Of a stretch of DNA of 64,000 nucleotides, positions 26,740-40,139 are shown one piece after another (the stretch's first letter is position 1; every line of letters starts with the position of its first letter). The notes below the pieces were generated by a model. That model searched no databases. It was not told where the DNA came from and saw only the letters and a program-made list of their open reading frames with translations. A program made the translations under genes and the position numbers. The DNA is from Eledone cirrhosa (lineage: Eukaryota). Location: the NCBI GenBank assembly GCA_964016885.1, contig OZ024755.1:37572001-37636000 (forward strand), given 5' to 3'.

Positions 26740-29192
26740 TTAACCCTTCTGATACCAAACTGCCTGACACTACCCCTAGTTATATATACTACGTTGTATA
26801 TATCTACCTAGAAATCTCCTGAAGTTACCCCAGGTTATATATATACTAAGTTGTATATATCTATCTAGAAATCTGACACTACCCCTATTTATATATATAC
26901 TAAGTTGTATATATCTACCTAGAAATCTCCTGAAGCTACCCCAGGTTATATATATACTAAGTTGTATATATCTATCTAGAAATCTCCTGAAACTACCCCT
27001 AGTTATATATACTAAGTTGTATATATCTACCTAGAAATCTCCTGAAGCTACCCCAGGTTATATATATACTAAGTTGTATATATCTATCTAGAAATCTCCC
27101 TGAAACTACCCCTAGTTCTATATATCTATCTAGAAATCTCTCTGAAACTACCCCTAGTTCTATATATCTAACTAGAAATCTCCCTGAAACTACCCCTAGT
27201 TCTATATATCTACCTAGAAATCTCCCTGAAACTACCCCTAGTTCTATATATCTAACTAGAAATCTCTCTGAAACTACCCCTAGTTCTATATATCTACCTA
27301 GAAATCTCCCTGAAACTACCCCTAGTTCTATATATCTATCTAGAAATCTCTCTGAAACTACCCCTAGTTCTATATATCTAACTAGAAATCTCCCTGAAAC
27401 TACCCCTAGTTCTATATATCTATCTAGAAATCTCTCTGAAACTACCCCTAGTTCTATATATCTAACTAGAAATCTCTCTGAAACTACCCCTAGTTCTATA
27501 TATCTAACTAGAAATCTCCCTGAAACTACCCCTAGTTCTATATATCTATCTAGAAATCTCTCTGAAACTACCCCTAGTTCTATATATCTAACTAGAAATC
27601 TCTCTGAAACTACCCCTAGTTCTATATATCTAACTAGAAATCTCCCTGAAACTACCCCTAGTTCTATATATCTATCTAGAAATCTCTCTGAAACTACCCC
27701 TAGTTCTATATATCTAACTAGAAATCTCCCTGAAACTACCCCTAGTTCTATATATCTATCTAGAAATCTCTGAAACTACCCCTAGTTCTATATATCTAAC
27801 TAGAAATCTCCCTGAAACTACCCCTAGTTCTATATATCTATCTAGAAATCTCTCTGAAACTACCCCTAGTTCTATATATCTAACTAGAAATCTCCCTGAA
27901 ACTACCCCTAGTTCTATATATCTACCTAGAAATCTCCCTGAAACTACCCCTAGTTCTATATATCTAACTAGAAATCTCCCTGAAACTACCCCTAGTTCTA
28001 TATATCTACCTAGAAATCTCCCTGAAACTACCCCTAGTTCTATATATCTAACTAGAAATCTCCCTGAAACTACCCCTAGTTCTATATATCTATCTAGAAA
28101 TCTCCCTGAAACTACCCCTAGTTCTATATATCTACCTAGAAATCTCCCTGAAACTACCCCTAGTTCTATATATCTACCTAGAAATCTCCCTGAAACTACC
28201 CCTAGTTCTATATATCTACCTAGAAATCTCCCTGAAACTACCCCTAGTTCTATATATCTAACTAGAAATCTCCCTGAAACTACCCCTAGTTCTATATATC
28301 TACCTAGAAATCTCCCTGAAACTACCCCTAGTTCTATATATCTACCTAGAAATCTCCCTGAAACTACCCCTAGTTCTATATATCTACCTAGAAATCTTCC
28401 TTCCATCATAATTTATGTAAGAACCATTAAGTTATACCAGCTAAATAATGAGAAATTCCTCTAAATTCTTGATTATTTACAAAATTATTTGAAAACCACA
28501 GGCAATGTCTTACATTAGAAATATGGTAAGGAAAATTTTACCTCTTAATACAAAACTGGCTGAAAACCACCATTGGTTCTCTGATCCAAGAACCTTTGTT
28601 AAGTTACGCTCAAAACACCAGCTTATTACTAAGAAAATTAGTTACATTACTAAATCACTTCAAATTCTTGAATACTTTCGAAATTATTTGAAAGCCATAG
28701 GTAGTGGCTTTCATGAGAAGTATGCTAATGAAAAGAGTAAAGTGTTTATATTTATCTAAAAACCTTCCACCATAATTTCATGTGAAAGCCTTTGTTAAGC
28801 TACATTCCAAACTCCAGCTTAACCCTTCAGAATTTACACTACTCTATATTTGCTATTATATTTTTGCAGTCTTTACTGCAAAAATACAATAGCAAATATA
28901 GAGTAGTGTAAATTCTAAAGGGTTAAGTTTTATCTTACATAATTATCTCACATAATATCGAATCTACAAGATTTTGATATTTATTTTGAGAACAATATCT
29001 TAACATTAGTATGAGCGGCCAGTTACAGTTGGTTTGAACAGAAAGAGGTGAGAGAATGCTGGCTGGATATGGCCGGTTTAAATGCTAAAGTGTTAATAAT
29101 GAGGAAGTTAGTTATATTGCTAAATCCCTCAAAATTCTTGAGTAATTGAAAACCATACAGAAGGCAATGTTTCTCATTAGAAATAAGGTAAT
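26740..29192. mobile_element. Cluster of piggyBac-like MITE pieces (TTAA CCCTT...AAGGG TTAA) hosting a 42-bp satellite
   Basis: TTAACCCTTCTGATACC at 26740, palindromic TTAACCCTT...AAGGGTTAA at 28819-28926, and AAGGGTTAA at about 29183. Related ends at about 58492 and 59549. Confidence 0.6.
26765..28398. repeat. 42-bp satellite CTGAAACTACCCCTAGTTCTATATATCTACCTAGAAATCTCC (longer variant units at the left end)
   Basis: 14-aa periodicity of ORF 27756-28409. Confidence 0.95.
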
Positions 29193-30209
29193 GAAAGGGT
29201 TAAATATGCCAACCATGACACAAAGAAAGCTTACAAACATGGCTGGAGATCATTTCGTTTTAAATAATCTTTGTTTTCTTTGTTTAATACCAACCAGGAA
29301 TGAACAATTTTTTTTCCATTCTTATTCTCTTTTTTTCAGTATATTTTTCTGGGTGCCAGTATCAGAAAGAATTATTATTATTATTAACAAAGTACCAGTA
29401 ATGCACTGGGGTAACTGCTGGCCTTGTGCCAAAAGTAGAAACATGTTGTTGCTGTTATTATTGTCTTTGCTCAGCTTCCAACACTGGAGATGTATTTCAG
29501 TGTTAGCTGTAATGCTTCTACTGTGTTTTTTTCTTTGCAATCCTCTATTTTACACAGCCATGACCGTCTTACTTCCAGCAACAGTGGTTCTGGGGAATTG
29601 TTTATGTACCACGCCATGTTATTTTCTTCTGTTCTAATGCTGTCTTCTCACCCCTTCAGTCCTCTTCCTCCACTTTATCTTGGTACATATAATCCATCTG
29701 TGATCATGGCATTGAGCATAGGAGACCAGATATTGTATTAATTGAGAAAGAAAGCAAACAGTGTTGGATCATAGATACAGCCTGTCTAACTGATAACAAG
29801 ATATGCGATAAAGAAGGAAAAAAATTGATATCATAATTTTATGTTAAATTATGTTCGAAACACCAGTTTAATAATGAGAAAGTTATTTGCCTGAATCTTT
29901 CCAAATTCTTGATCATTTTAAAAATGATTTGAAAATTATAAGCAATGTTTTTCATTAGAAATTTGGTAGGTGTTCAAATTTATATTTAAATTAATATCAT
30001 CATCATCATTATCCTTTAACATCCACTTTCCACGCTAGCATGGGTTATCATGGTCCGAAATCTCATTCATGCATGACAGATAATATTTAGATTTCACTAA
30101 TTAAATATTTGTCTTTTATCAATAAGCTGAAAGTTACTGCATTTTTTGGTGTCTAAAACTATTTTACCCCAAATTCAATGTCAAAATTTACCTGTGTATA
30201 AATATAATT

Positions 30210-30242
<33 letters not shown>

Positions 30243-30364
30243 CAGAGAGAGAGAGAGAGACAGACAGACATACTGAGAGAGAAGAATGGTTGGACAAACA
30301 GAAAAAGATAGAGAGATATAGATATATGGGTATATCTATGTATGTATCTAAATATCTCTCTCCC

Positions 30365-31060
30365 TTTCTCTTCTTCTTCGCCCACTTATTCCTGACAGGG
30401 CGTGCGGGCAGAGTCCTTAAACACTCCTTCCAGTGAGTCCTGTCAGAGGCAACCGTGTCTAATTGATCCAGCTGGATCTCCAAGCAAGATCAGCCAAGCT
30501 CATGGATGTTATCCAACCATCTTGCTCGGGGTCTACCCCTGGGTCTCCTACCGGTTGGTTTTGCCTGTAAAATCTGTCCAGCAATTCTTTCCTGAGACAT
30601 TCTAACCACATGTCCATAGTATCAGAGCTGTGATCTCTCAATTCGGCGAAGAAGAGGTTCTATCTGGAGTGACTCTCTTATCTCTGAGCTACATACTTTA
30701 TCAAGTAACGTTACTCCAAAGACCCTTTGGAGGAACCCCATTTCGGCCACTTGTATTTACGATTGTATTCTTTCAGTCATTACCCAAGACTCAAGACCAT
30801 AAGTAAGGGTTGGCACGTAAACTGAATTGAAGATAGCAAGTCTGGCATTTATACCTACCCTCTTCTTCTGACTACTGAATGCTGAAGCTGGTGCATTACT
30901 GCACCAGCTCCTGCAATTCATGCACTTAATTCAGCCTCCTATCTTCCATCACTCATGAACACAGCTCCGAGATACTTGAACTTCTCTACCTACTTCAGTC
31001 GAACTCCATCCATATGTAGAGTGCACTGCGCAGGCTTCCTTGGGAGGGCGACTGTCTCCT
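30365..31060 (-). mobile_element. RTE-like LINE 3' fragment
   Basis: Minus-strand translation includes FNSVYVPTLTYG.ESW, AEMGFLQR..GVTLLD and IERSQL.YYGHVVRM. Confidence 0.8.
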
Positions 31061-31262
31061 CACTACAATTAATCTAAGACATTCCATTCCTCTCTTAGCT
31101 TGTATAGTCAATCACACTCACACACATACATTCACGCACACACACACTCACACACGCACTCACTCACTCACACACACATACTCACATACACACGCACTCA
31201 CACACAAACACTCACTCACATACACACACTCACACACACACACTCACACACAAACACTCACT

Positions 31263-31333
<71 letters not shown>

Positions 31334-31894
31334 TATTTACCTATATTTGGTTACTTTCCTTACCATTATCTTTGTACATACATATGACAATTTATTATTG
31401 TTGTCATATGTCCAGAAGTTTCAGACTGAAATAAATCTCCATTAAATATACCAGATATATATATGTATATATACCATATATATATATGTATATATATACC
31501 AGATATATATATGTATATATATACCAGATATATATATATATACAACATATATATATATATATATATATATACCACATATATATATATATATATACCACAT
31601 ATATATATATATATATACGACATATATATATACATACCAGATATATATATATATATACCAGATATATATACCAGATATATATACCAGATATATATATATA
31701 CACACATGCAGATCTTGATTTGGGGTAAAAGATGCATTTTATACACCAAAATATACAGTAATTATTTCACTAAACCTCCCATAATTCTTGATTACTTTTC
31801 ATAATTAAAACACAGAGGTGTTTCACAAAAGGGTTAAATTTAAAGTTTCTTAGCAAATTTCAAACCAAGTTCAAATTTCAATTTTTTAAATACT

Positions 31895-31985
31895 TTTATT
31901 CTCCAACCTTTCACACAGACACATACATACATACAGACACAGAGGCATATATATACATATACATTGCCACCACTAGACTTTTATT
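31895..31985 (-). promoter_or_regulatory. Two candidate AATAAA polyadenylation signals for RAP1GDS1 (31895-31900 and 31980-31985)
   Basis: tttatt on the plus strand, about 240 and 330 nt downstream of the stop, inside a local tandem duplication. Confidence 0.35.
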
Positions 31986-32222
31986 CTCCAATCTTTCACA
32001 CAGACACATACATACACAGACACACACATACATACAGACACAGAGGCATATATATACATACACATTGCCACCACTAGACTTTTGATTAATGAAAAAACAT
32101 TTAATGTTTAAAATGTCTGGAAGTTTGAACCTTGCAAAAAATCTGAGGTGGGGGTAGGGTGGGACAAAGAACACAAGACCCCTACACTTGTTGAAAACAT
32201 CTTTTGTTTTATATCTTCATAC

Positions 32223-32362
32223 TCAGCTTTCTTCTATAGAATTTTCTTCTAAAGCATTTAACAACATTTCAGCTCCAGAGCGAACCTTCTCATTTTCATG
32301 AGATGTCAACTGTTTGGCAAGATCTGGAATTCCAGCAGACATGAGTTCCTCTCGTAAATTAC
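32223..32362 (-). CDS. RAP1GDS1: RAP1GDS1 terminal coding exon: GNLREELMSAGIPDLAKQLTSHENEKVRSGAEMLLNALEENSIEES*
   Basis: Poly-T tract plus GCAG| acceptor. In frame, with a TGA stop at 32225-32223. Confidence 0.88.
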
Positions 32363-33962
32363 CTGCAAAAAAAAAGACAAAAATAATTAACAAATGATCA
32401 ACAGCCAATCATGGGTCATCATCATCATCATCGTTTAACATCTATCTTCCACGCTAGCATGGGTTAGACGATTTTGTTCCATTTGATGTGGGGTTGGTCA
32501 GGGGACCATATCTTGCTCGTATGGAAGTGTCTCTGGCACGTTTTCTACGGCTGGATGCCCTTCCTAACACCAACCACCTTTACAGTGTGGCCTGGGAGCC
32601 TTTTTACCATGTCTCCTATACAACCACTTTACAGTGTGGACTGGGAGCCTTTTTACCGTGCCTCTTACACCACTTTACATTGTGAACTGGGAGCCTTTTT
32701 GTTGTGTCATCGACACAATGGACAGAAATGGGAGGATGGGGTAGGGTGTGTGGGGTGTTGTGTATATTGGGTTTGGAGGTACCTACTGACTGTAGGTTTG
32801 TATGCAAGGGAAGATGGGTCAGTTAGCCCAGCTAATCATGGGTCAGTTAGTCCAATTAATTGTGGATCAATTAGCCCAGTTAATTAATATTTAAATATTC
32901 CAGCTAATTCAATTAAGCGAGCTACTTACTCTGCATGTTCGATATCATCCCAGCACAGGCCAGTAGCGTACACTGGGTCAACTGAGGTGTGGTTGAAGAA
33001 GCTGGAATAAGGAGGGAAACAACAGGAAATTGATACTGGATACAGATACTAGTATGTAGGACATAGATAAGGGGAGATAGAGGGGGGGGGGTAGAGTGTG
33101 GGGGGGGGGTAGAGAGATAGAGTACGGGAGTGTGGGAGGTAGAGAGAGTAAGGGAGAGTGGGGGAGAGAGAGTAAGGGAGAGGTGGAGAGAGAGAGAGAT
33201 AATCAGAGTAAAGGAGAGTGGGAGAGAGAGAGCTAGTTAGAGTAAGGGAGAGTGGGGGGAGAGTAAGAGAGATAAAGTAAGGGAGAGTGGGAGAGAGAGA
33301 AAGGGAGAGTGGGAGGTAGAGAGATAGAGTAAGGGAGAGTGGGGGAGGTAGAGAGAGATAAAGTAAGGGAGAGTGGGAGAGAGAGAGATAAAGTAAGGGA
33401 GGGGGGGGCTAGAGATAGTTAAAGTAAGGGAGAGTGGCAGAGAGAGATAGAGTAAGGGAGAGTGGGAGAGAGAGAGAGGAAAACATTGAAAGATTGCTAG
33501 ATAGATAGAAAGACAATTTCAAAGAGAAAAACACAGAAACAATAGAGAGAAGAACAATATTTCCAAAACATCATCATCATCACCAAACATTTTAAGATGA
33601 TTTTCCCCTGTTTAAGCAAAGGTTAACCTCATGATAGGCTTCATATTCATCATGGGGTTCCTTTTTTTAGGAAATGATTTATAACCAAACTCCTTTCCTA
33701 GCGCCAACCCTTTTAGCCACCTCTTCTGACATGCAGAGATATGGTGTACCTATTCTGAAAGCAGAGATATGGTGTACCTATTCTGAAAGCAGGTATATGG
33801 TGTACCTATTCTGAAAGCAGGGATATGGTGTACCTATTCTGAAAGCAGGGATATGGTGTACCTATTATGAAAGCAGACACCTATAGCTAATCTTCATAAA
33901 AACAATTGAGCAAAAACAATGGAAAAATATCTGAGGAAAAAACTGTTTATCTTTGAACGTAC

Positions 33963-34091
33963 CAGCTAAAACAATGGCTCTAGTCAAAGATAAAGTATTA
34001 GCAATGATGTCAGGAAGAGTTTGTTGGTTCTTTAACAGAGTGGCCACTACTTCTATGAGGTCTGCTTCTTTTAATGCCATAGCAGCTTCAT
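33963..34091 (-). CDS. RAP1GDS1: RAP1GDS1 exon (129 nt): DEAAMALKEADLIEVVATLLKNQQTLPDIIANTLSLTRAIVLA
   Basis: TTCAG| acceptor and |GTACGT donor. In frame, ARM-like. Confidence 0.88.
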
Positions 34092-35639
34092 CTGAAAGAA
34101 TAAATAATTTCATTATCATATTTCCGACACTCTCTATAGCTTTCAAATCATTTTGAAAAAAAAAAAAATCAAGAATTTGGAAGGATCTACAAATATATCT
34201 ATAATCTACATGTAGGTGCCACAGGAAAAAAAAGCACCCAGCACTCACTGTAAATGAGGTTGGTGTTAGGAAGGGCATCCAGCTGTAGAAATCAAGCCAG
34301 AATTAGTTCCCGTATGAGCAAGACAAGGTCAGCCGACCGGACACTGCCCACAACAGGACAACCCGTCTAACACAGGCTAACGTGGAAGAACAGATGTAAA
34401 ACGGTGATGATGAAGTGGCAGAGAGTCTTTAGAGCGTTGAATAGATTGCTTTGCAGTATTTTTCCTGCTCTCTGCTGAATTTAAATGCTGCTGAGGTCAA
34501 CTTAGCCTTCCATACTTCCATGGTCGATAAAAAAAGTTCTAGTTGTTACTAGCATCAATTCGTTCTCAATATCACTATCTCTCTTCTCTCTATCACCTGT
34601 TTGCCTTCAGTGGAAGAAATTGGCTATTCTCAAACCTAGAGAGGAGATGGGTTCCACCAGGTTTTTTAAAAAATGCTTAAGAAATGTTGTATAACACTAA
34701 GGTGCCTCTATGACTTCACCATATGGGTTCATATAAACATAGTTATATAATTAACTTTCTTATTGTTAATCTGGTTTTTGGAACATAACTTAAAGCAGAG
34801 TGTAATTATTCTAAACACAAAAGTCATATTGTATCATAATTATTCATATTTGTCAAAACATTTTCTGAACTTTCTATATTTATTTAGATTTTCTATATTT
34901 TACTATATTTTAAGGTTTTCTATATTTAAAATATATTTTCTGACATTTTAAAACATCTGTCCATGTATATTTTCAAATTAATTAATACACTTATACATAA
35001 ATATATATACATGTATACATATATACATAAACAGGTAGACATATATATAGAGGTATACATATATACATAGATATACAGGTATATATATATAGAGGTATAC
35101 ATATATACATAGATATACAGGTATATATATATATATAGAGGTATACATATATACATAGATATACAGGTATATATATATATAGAGGTATACATATATACAT
35201 AGATATACAGGTATATATATATATAGAGGTATACATATATACATAGATATACAGGTATATATATATATATATAGAGGTATACATATATACATAGATATAC
35301 AGGTATATATATATATATAGAGGTATACATATATACATAGATATACAGGTATACATATATACAGGTATACATATATATATAGAGGTATACATATTTACAT
35401 ATATATAGAGGTATACATATTTACAAAGATATACAAGTCCATATATATATATATAGGTATACATATATAAACAGGTGTACATATATACATATATATACTG
35501 GTACATATATATAGAGAGAGATACATATATATTTACATAGATATACAAGTATACATAAATACACATCCATAAATATATATATCATACTTAATAAAGTATG
35601 GGTTGTATACACACATACATATACATATGTACACAAACA

Positions 35640-36045
35640 TAGACATTTTTTTCACGCTCAGAGTTGCTGAAACATGGAACAAACTGCCTGCGTCAATTGT
35701 TAGCTGCCGAGACACTGCATCCTTTAAGACACTCATGCTTCCCGAAATACGCCAAAACTACACCTGATGTGCCCCTTCCATACACATGCACACATGTGTG
35801 CACTGTTCATTTTACTGATGTTTGTGCATTGCCCTATGTACTGTACATGCACTTTTTTGATGGGTTGTGGTGCACCTGGGCACTGTGCACAATATTTCAT
35901 TATTGTTATTGTTATTATATCATGACTCATACACTGTTTATTTTCCTGACATTTGTACATTATTCTATGTACTATACATGCACCTTTGATGAGTTGTAGT
36001 GCACCTGAGCACTGTACACAATAATTTCATTATTATTATTATTAT
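35640..36045 (+). mobile_element. CR1-like LINE 3' fragment with duplicated 3' UTR and (ATT)n tail
   Basis: Matches 21285-21922 but has a single 60-bp unit. Confidence 0.75.
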
Positions 36046-36521
36046 ATCATCATCAACATCATCGTTGGAAGATGGACATTAAATGATGACGATGATGACA
36101 TACATAAACATGCACAGACACATGTATACACATGCACACATACACATGTACACAACACACACATACGCATACACACATACACATATTACACATGTTCACA
36201 CATATGCATCTACACACACACACTAGCCAGAAGATCACCCTCTTCCTTTAGCCGGGAAGGGCAGGCAGTTTTTATCTGTCTGGTGGCCATGGCGAAAGAG
36301 ATAGTATGGTGGCCACGTTTGAAAGGGCTGAAGACGAGCACTTACCTCTTTGGTGATGCCCTGATTAACTTTTTCATGCACACATACACATGTACACAAC
36401 ACACACATACGCATACACACATACACATATTACACACGTGCACACATATGCATCTACACACACACACACACACTAGCCGGAAGACCAGACACATCACATG
36501 TATTGTAATAAAGTTGACTAC

Positions 36522-36701
36522 CTAACACGGAAGATCCAATTATCAGCGTCAAAGCTATCAAAGCTTCGTTCTGCATGAGCACATGTTCAGAAGTTGCCAT
36601 GGTGACGAGATGCTGGATTCCATCAGCTCTTACAATATTCTTTATCACTTCACCATTTTTGCTGTATTTTATTATCCAAGCAAGTAGTCGTGTGGCCTCA
36701 C
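36522..36701 (-). CDS. RAP1GDS1: RAP1GDS1 exon (180 nt): GEATRLLAWIIKYSKNGEVIKNIVRADGIQHLVTMATSEHVLMQNEALIALTLIIGSSVL
   Basis: GGCAG| acceptor and |GTAGTC donor. HLVTMATSEHV.MQNEAL.AL is near-identical to vertebrate SmgGDS as recalled. Confidence 0.96.
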
Positions 36702-38226
36702 CTGCCAATTCAGAAACAGAAAAGAAAGAATTTTAACACACAAGACACCAACATTAGCTCTTTCCTTACCATATTTCATCATCATCATCATTATCATCAC
36801 CGTTTTACGTCCGTTCTTCCACGCTAGCATGGGTTAGACGGGTTGTCCTGTTGTGGGCAGTGTCTGGTCAGCTGATCATGCCTTGCTCATACGGGAACTG
36901 ATTCTGGCTTGATCTCTACAGCTGGATGCCCTTCCTGACACCAACCTCATTTACAGTGTGGGCTGGGTGCTTTTTTGGCGTGGCGCCTCCACGACCACTT
37001 TGCAGTGGGACGGTGCGGGGGCATATTGTTTATATGCTTCAGCTTCGGCTTGTACCCGTGGGGGGGGGGGGGGGTCGAGTCTTCTGTATTACTGTGTGAC
37101 GCCAGAGGTCATGGTCTGGAGGCAAATTGGCAGAGTCGTTAAGACATCAGATAGAATACTTTACACCATTCATCCCACCTCATTGCTTGCTCTGAGTTCA
37201 AATCCCGCCGTGGTCAACTTTACCTTTCATCCTTTCGAGGTTGATGAAAAAAGTACCAGTCTTGTACTGGGGTCGATTCTTCCTCTATAGAAAAGTCGGC
37301 TTTGTTCAGACCTGGAGAGGGTTGGGCTCCACCAGGTTTAAAAGTGCCCTAGACACGCCGTATGATGGTGCCTCTACAACTCCACAAGGAGTTATGGGAT
37401 CTTTACCATATTTCTAATGAAAGATAATGTCTCTGATCTTTAAATAATATAAAATAATCAAGAAATGGAGGGATTTAGAAATATAACTTTCACGTTAAAA
37501 AAAAAAAATTTCTAAATATATTTATAGATGTGATTAAATTATAAGTGTAACAGATTATAAATACAACAAAAATATGAGAAAGACTAATCAAACATTGCTA
37601 TGCCAATGATACAAGCCTGGACAGTGTCAGAGGATTCTCGCTGGTATGCTGAACTTCAGGTGTAAACTGCCTCATGGGTCTAGTGGACAGGATGAAGAAA
37701 ACATTGCCCCGGAAGATGGCAAAAGAGACACACTTGTGGGGCTTACTCGTGTAGGTGGATAACTCTAGCCCCGGTAGCAGTGAATAAGGCAGTGGGTTGG
37801 AGACCAAGAACACCCCTGCTACAAGTTCAACAACAAACCTATCGTGGAGTGACCAATACTTGTGGTCTTTGGCTTGTTGGGCAATGAAACCTGTGTTTCT
37901 TGCCAAATACACCAGGTCCCCTGTTGCTACATGTTACATTATTAATTTGGTACCATATGTATCCATAATAGATACACTGTATCCCTGCATGTTGTGGGAG
38001 GCAACTAAAAGGAAAGGCAGCAGGAAGGGCATCCAACCACAAAATATTACCTAAAAAAGGACCCCAGGATGAATATGAAGCCTACCATGGGCCTCCCTTG
38101 CTAACTCTTGTTTTAGGAGGGAAAATGGCTTTAAAATACTTGTTAGTGTCTTATTACTGAGCTGGTGTTTGGAACATAAATTATAATAGTATTTGTATTG
38201 GTGTACTGAAATAGTGATTAACATAT

Positions 38227-38910
38227 CAATGTACATATTGTATATTTAATAATATACTGTGTGTTTATGAAAAAAACATTTTGAAGGCCGTTTGCTAGGT
38301 AGTGACAAACGTCACCATACCTAGCAGGGGGAAGTAATCGGCGATGCCATCGTTTCTCATTCATAAGTGGTTGTCAAGACTACATATCTCCCTGCCTTTG
38401 TTGACCACGGCGGGATTTGAAACTAAGCTGGATTTTGTCACACACCTAGCTTCAGCAAAAGCAGAAGGAAGTAATCGGTGATGCCATCGTTTGTCACTCA
38501 TAAGTCGTTATCAAGACTACATAACTAAGCTGGATTCTTATAGAATTCCGCTTGTGTTTATGAGCTGATGAAACTCATTTGCATATGGAGTGGTAGCCAG
38601 CCCAGCATCAATTATAAATTTGTATTGGTGCTCCAACATATGAATGTATACTGGGCCGGCTACTGCTCCATATGCAAATGGGTTTCATCAGCTCATAAAC
38701 ACAAGCGAAATTCTATAAGAATCCAGCTTAGTTATGTAGTCTTCATAACGACTTATGAGTGACAAACGATGGCATCACCGATTACTTCCTCCTGCTTTTG
38801 CTGAAGCTAGGTGTGTGACATTTGTGACTACCTTAAAGTTCATAGAAAAGGCCTTCAAAATGTTTTTTCATAAACATACCATATATTGTTAAATATACAA
38901 TAAGTACATT
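38227..38910. repeat. Long intronic inverted repeat (arms about 38227-38605 and 38650-38910), with an internal duplication in the left arm
   Basis: For example gcttgtgtttatgagctgatgaaac / gtttcatcagctcataaacacaagc. Confidence 0.8.
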
Positions 38911-39529
38911 ATAATAGTATGTTTTTAAATAAATATGGACATGTGATGCGCATGGAGGATGACCGATGGGTGAAGAAGTGCCAGGAATTGCCAGTTGAAG
39001 GAAGACGTGGTAGAGGTAGACCACGAAAAACATGGGCGGAGGTGGTGAGAACAGACCTCAGATCATTGAAGCTCACGGTGGAGATGACGAGGGACCGTGA
39101 CTAGTGGAGAGATGCTGTGCTGAATAAGACCTGTCCCACCCTTGCAAGCAGGGAAAAGCGGACGTAAAATGATGATAAACACTTTAACCCTTTCATTCCG
39201 ACATTTCTAATGAACGAAAAGAGCAGTAGCAACATTATCAGCAGTAATAGCAGCAAGAGTAGTAACATCAACTCAGCTAGTTTAAAGTCACTCACTGACA
39301 ATATCCAACTGCTGCTCCACAAATGATCTGTTTTCTCACTTTCGCTCTTCTACCTCGTCTCTGCTCCTTAGAGATAGCTACTTCATGACCTTTCCTCCAG
39401 ATCTTGAGTCTGTGAAAGTCATGGTCACCGACCCCTCCTCCAGATCTACAGCCTGTGAAAGTCAAGGTCACTGACCCCTCCTTCAGATCTATCAAGTAAC
39501 AACAACAAAAACATCTTAAACAAACTAAC

Positions 39530-39619
39530 CTTTCACTCCAGCATGCTCTTCAACATTACACCACTCAACCAACTTAGGTATGAAGAATTTATCACGGCCA
39601 AGAAGTTTAGCAGTCTCTT
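39530..39619 (-). CDS. RAP1GDS1: RAP1GDS1 exon (90 nt): EETAKLLGRDKFFIPKLVEWCNVEEHAGVK
   Basis: TTCAG| acceptor and |GTTAGT donor. LVEWC....HAGV motif. Translated by hand. Confidence 0.92.
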
Positions 39620-40098
39620 CTGAAATGGAGAAAGAAACATGAAAATAAAGATGATTTATAATAATAATAATTGTTTCTTATATAGGCACAAGGCCAGCAA
39701 TTTTTGGGGGAGGGGAAAGTCGATTGAATCGATCCCAGTGCGTGACTGGTACTTTATTTTATCAACCCCGTAAGGATGAAAGGCAAAGTTAACCTCGGCA
39801 GGATTTGAACTCAGATCATAAAGGGCCGTAACTCTTTGCTGCAAAGCATGGCGTCCGACCCTCTACCGATACTGCCAATCCACCGCCCTCAATAATGATA
39901 ATAATAATTATTATTTCTATGTTAGGCACAAGGCCAGCAATTACCCAGTGCATTACTGGTACTTTATTTTATCGACCCCGTAAGGATGAAAGGAAAAGTT
40001 AACCTTGGCGGGATTTGAACTCAGAATGGCAAGGGCCGTAACTCTATACATCAAAGCATGGCGTCTGACCCTCTACCAATACTGCCAATCCACTGCCC

Positions 40099-40134
<36 letters not shown>

Positions 40135-40139
40135 GATAA

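Noticed and set aside
37900-38040. Possible HDV-like ribozyme in an RTE-associated region
   Set aside because: I could not build the nested double pseudoknot by eye.
38560-38605. CTGATGAAAC in the long palindrome as a hammerhead
   Set aside because: CUGAUGA and GAAA overlap, with no stem II or III in register.
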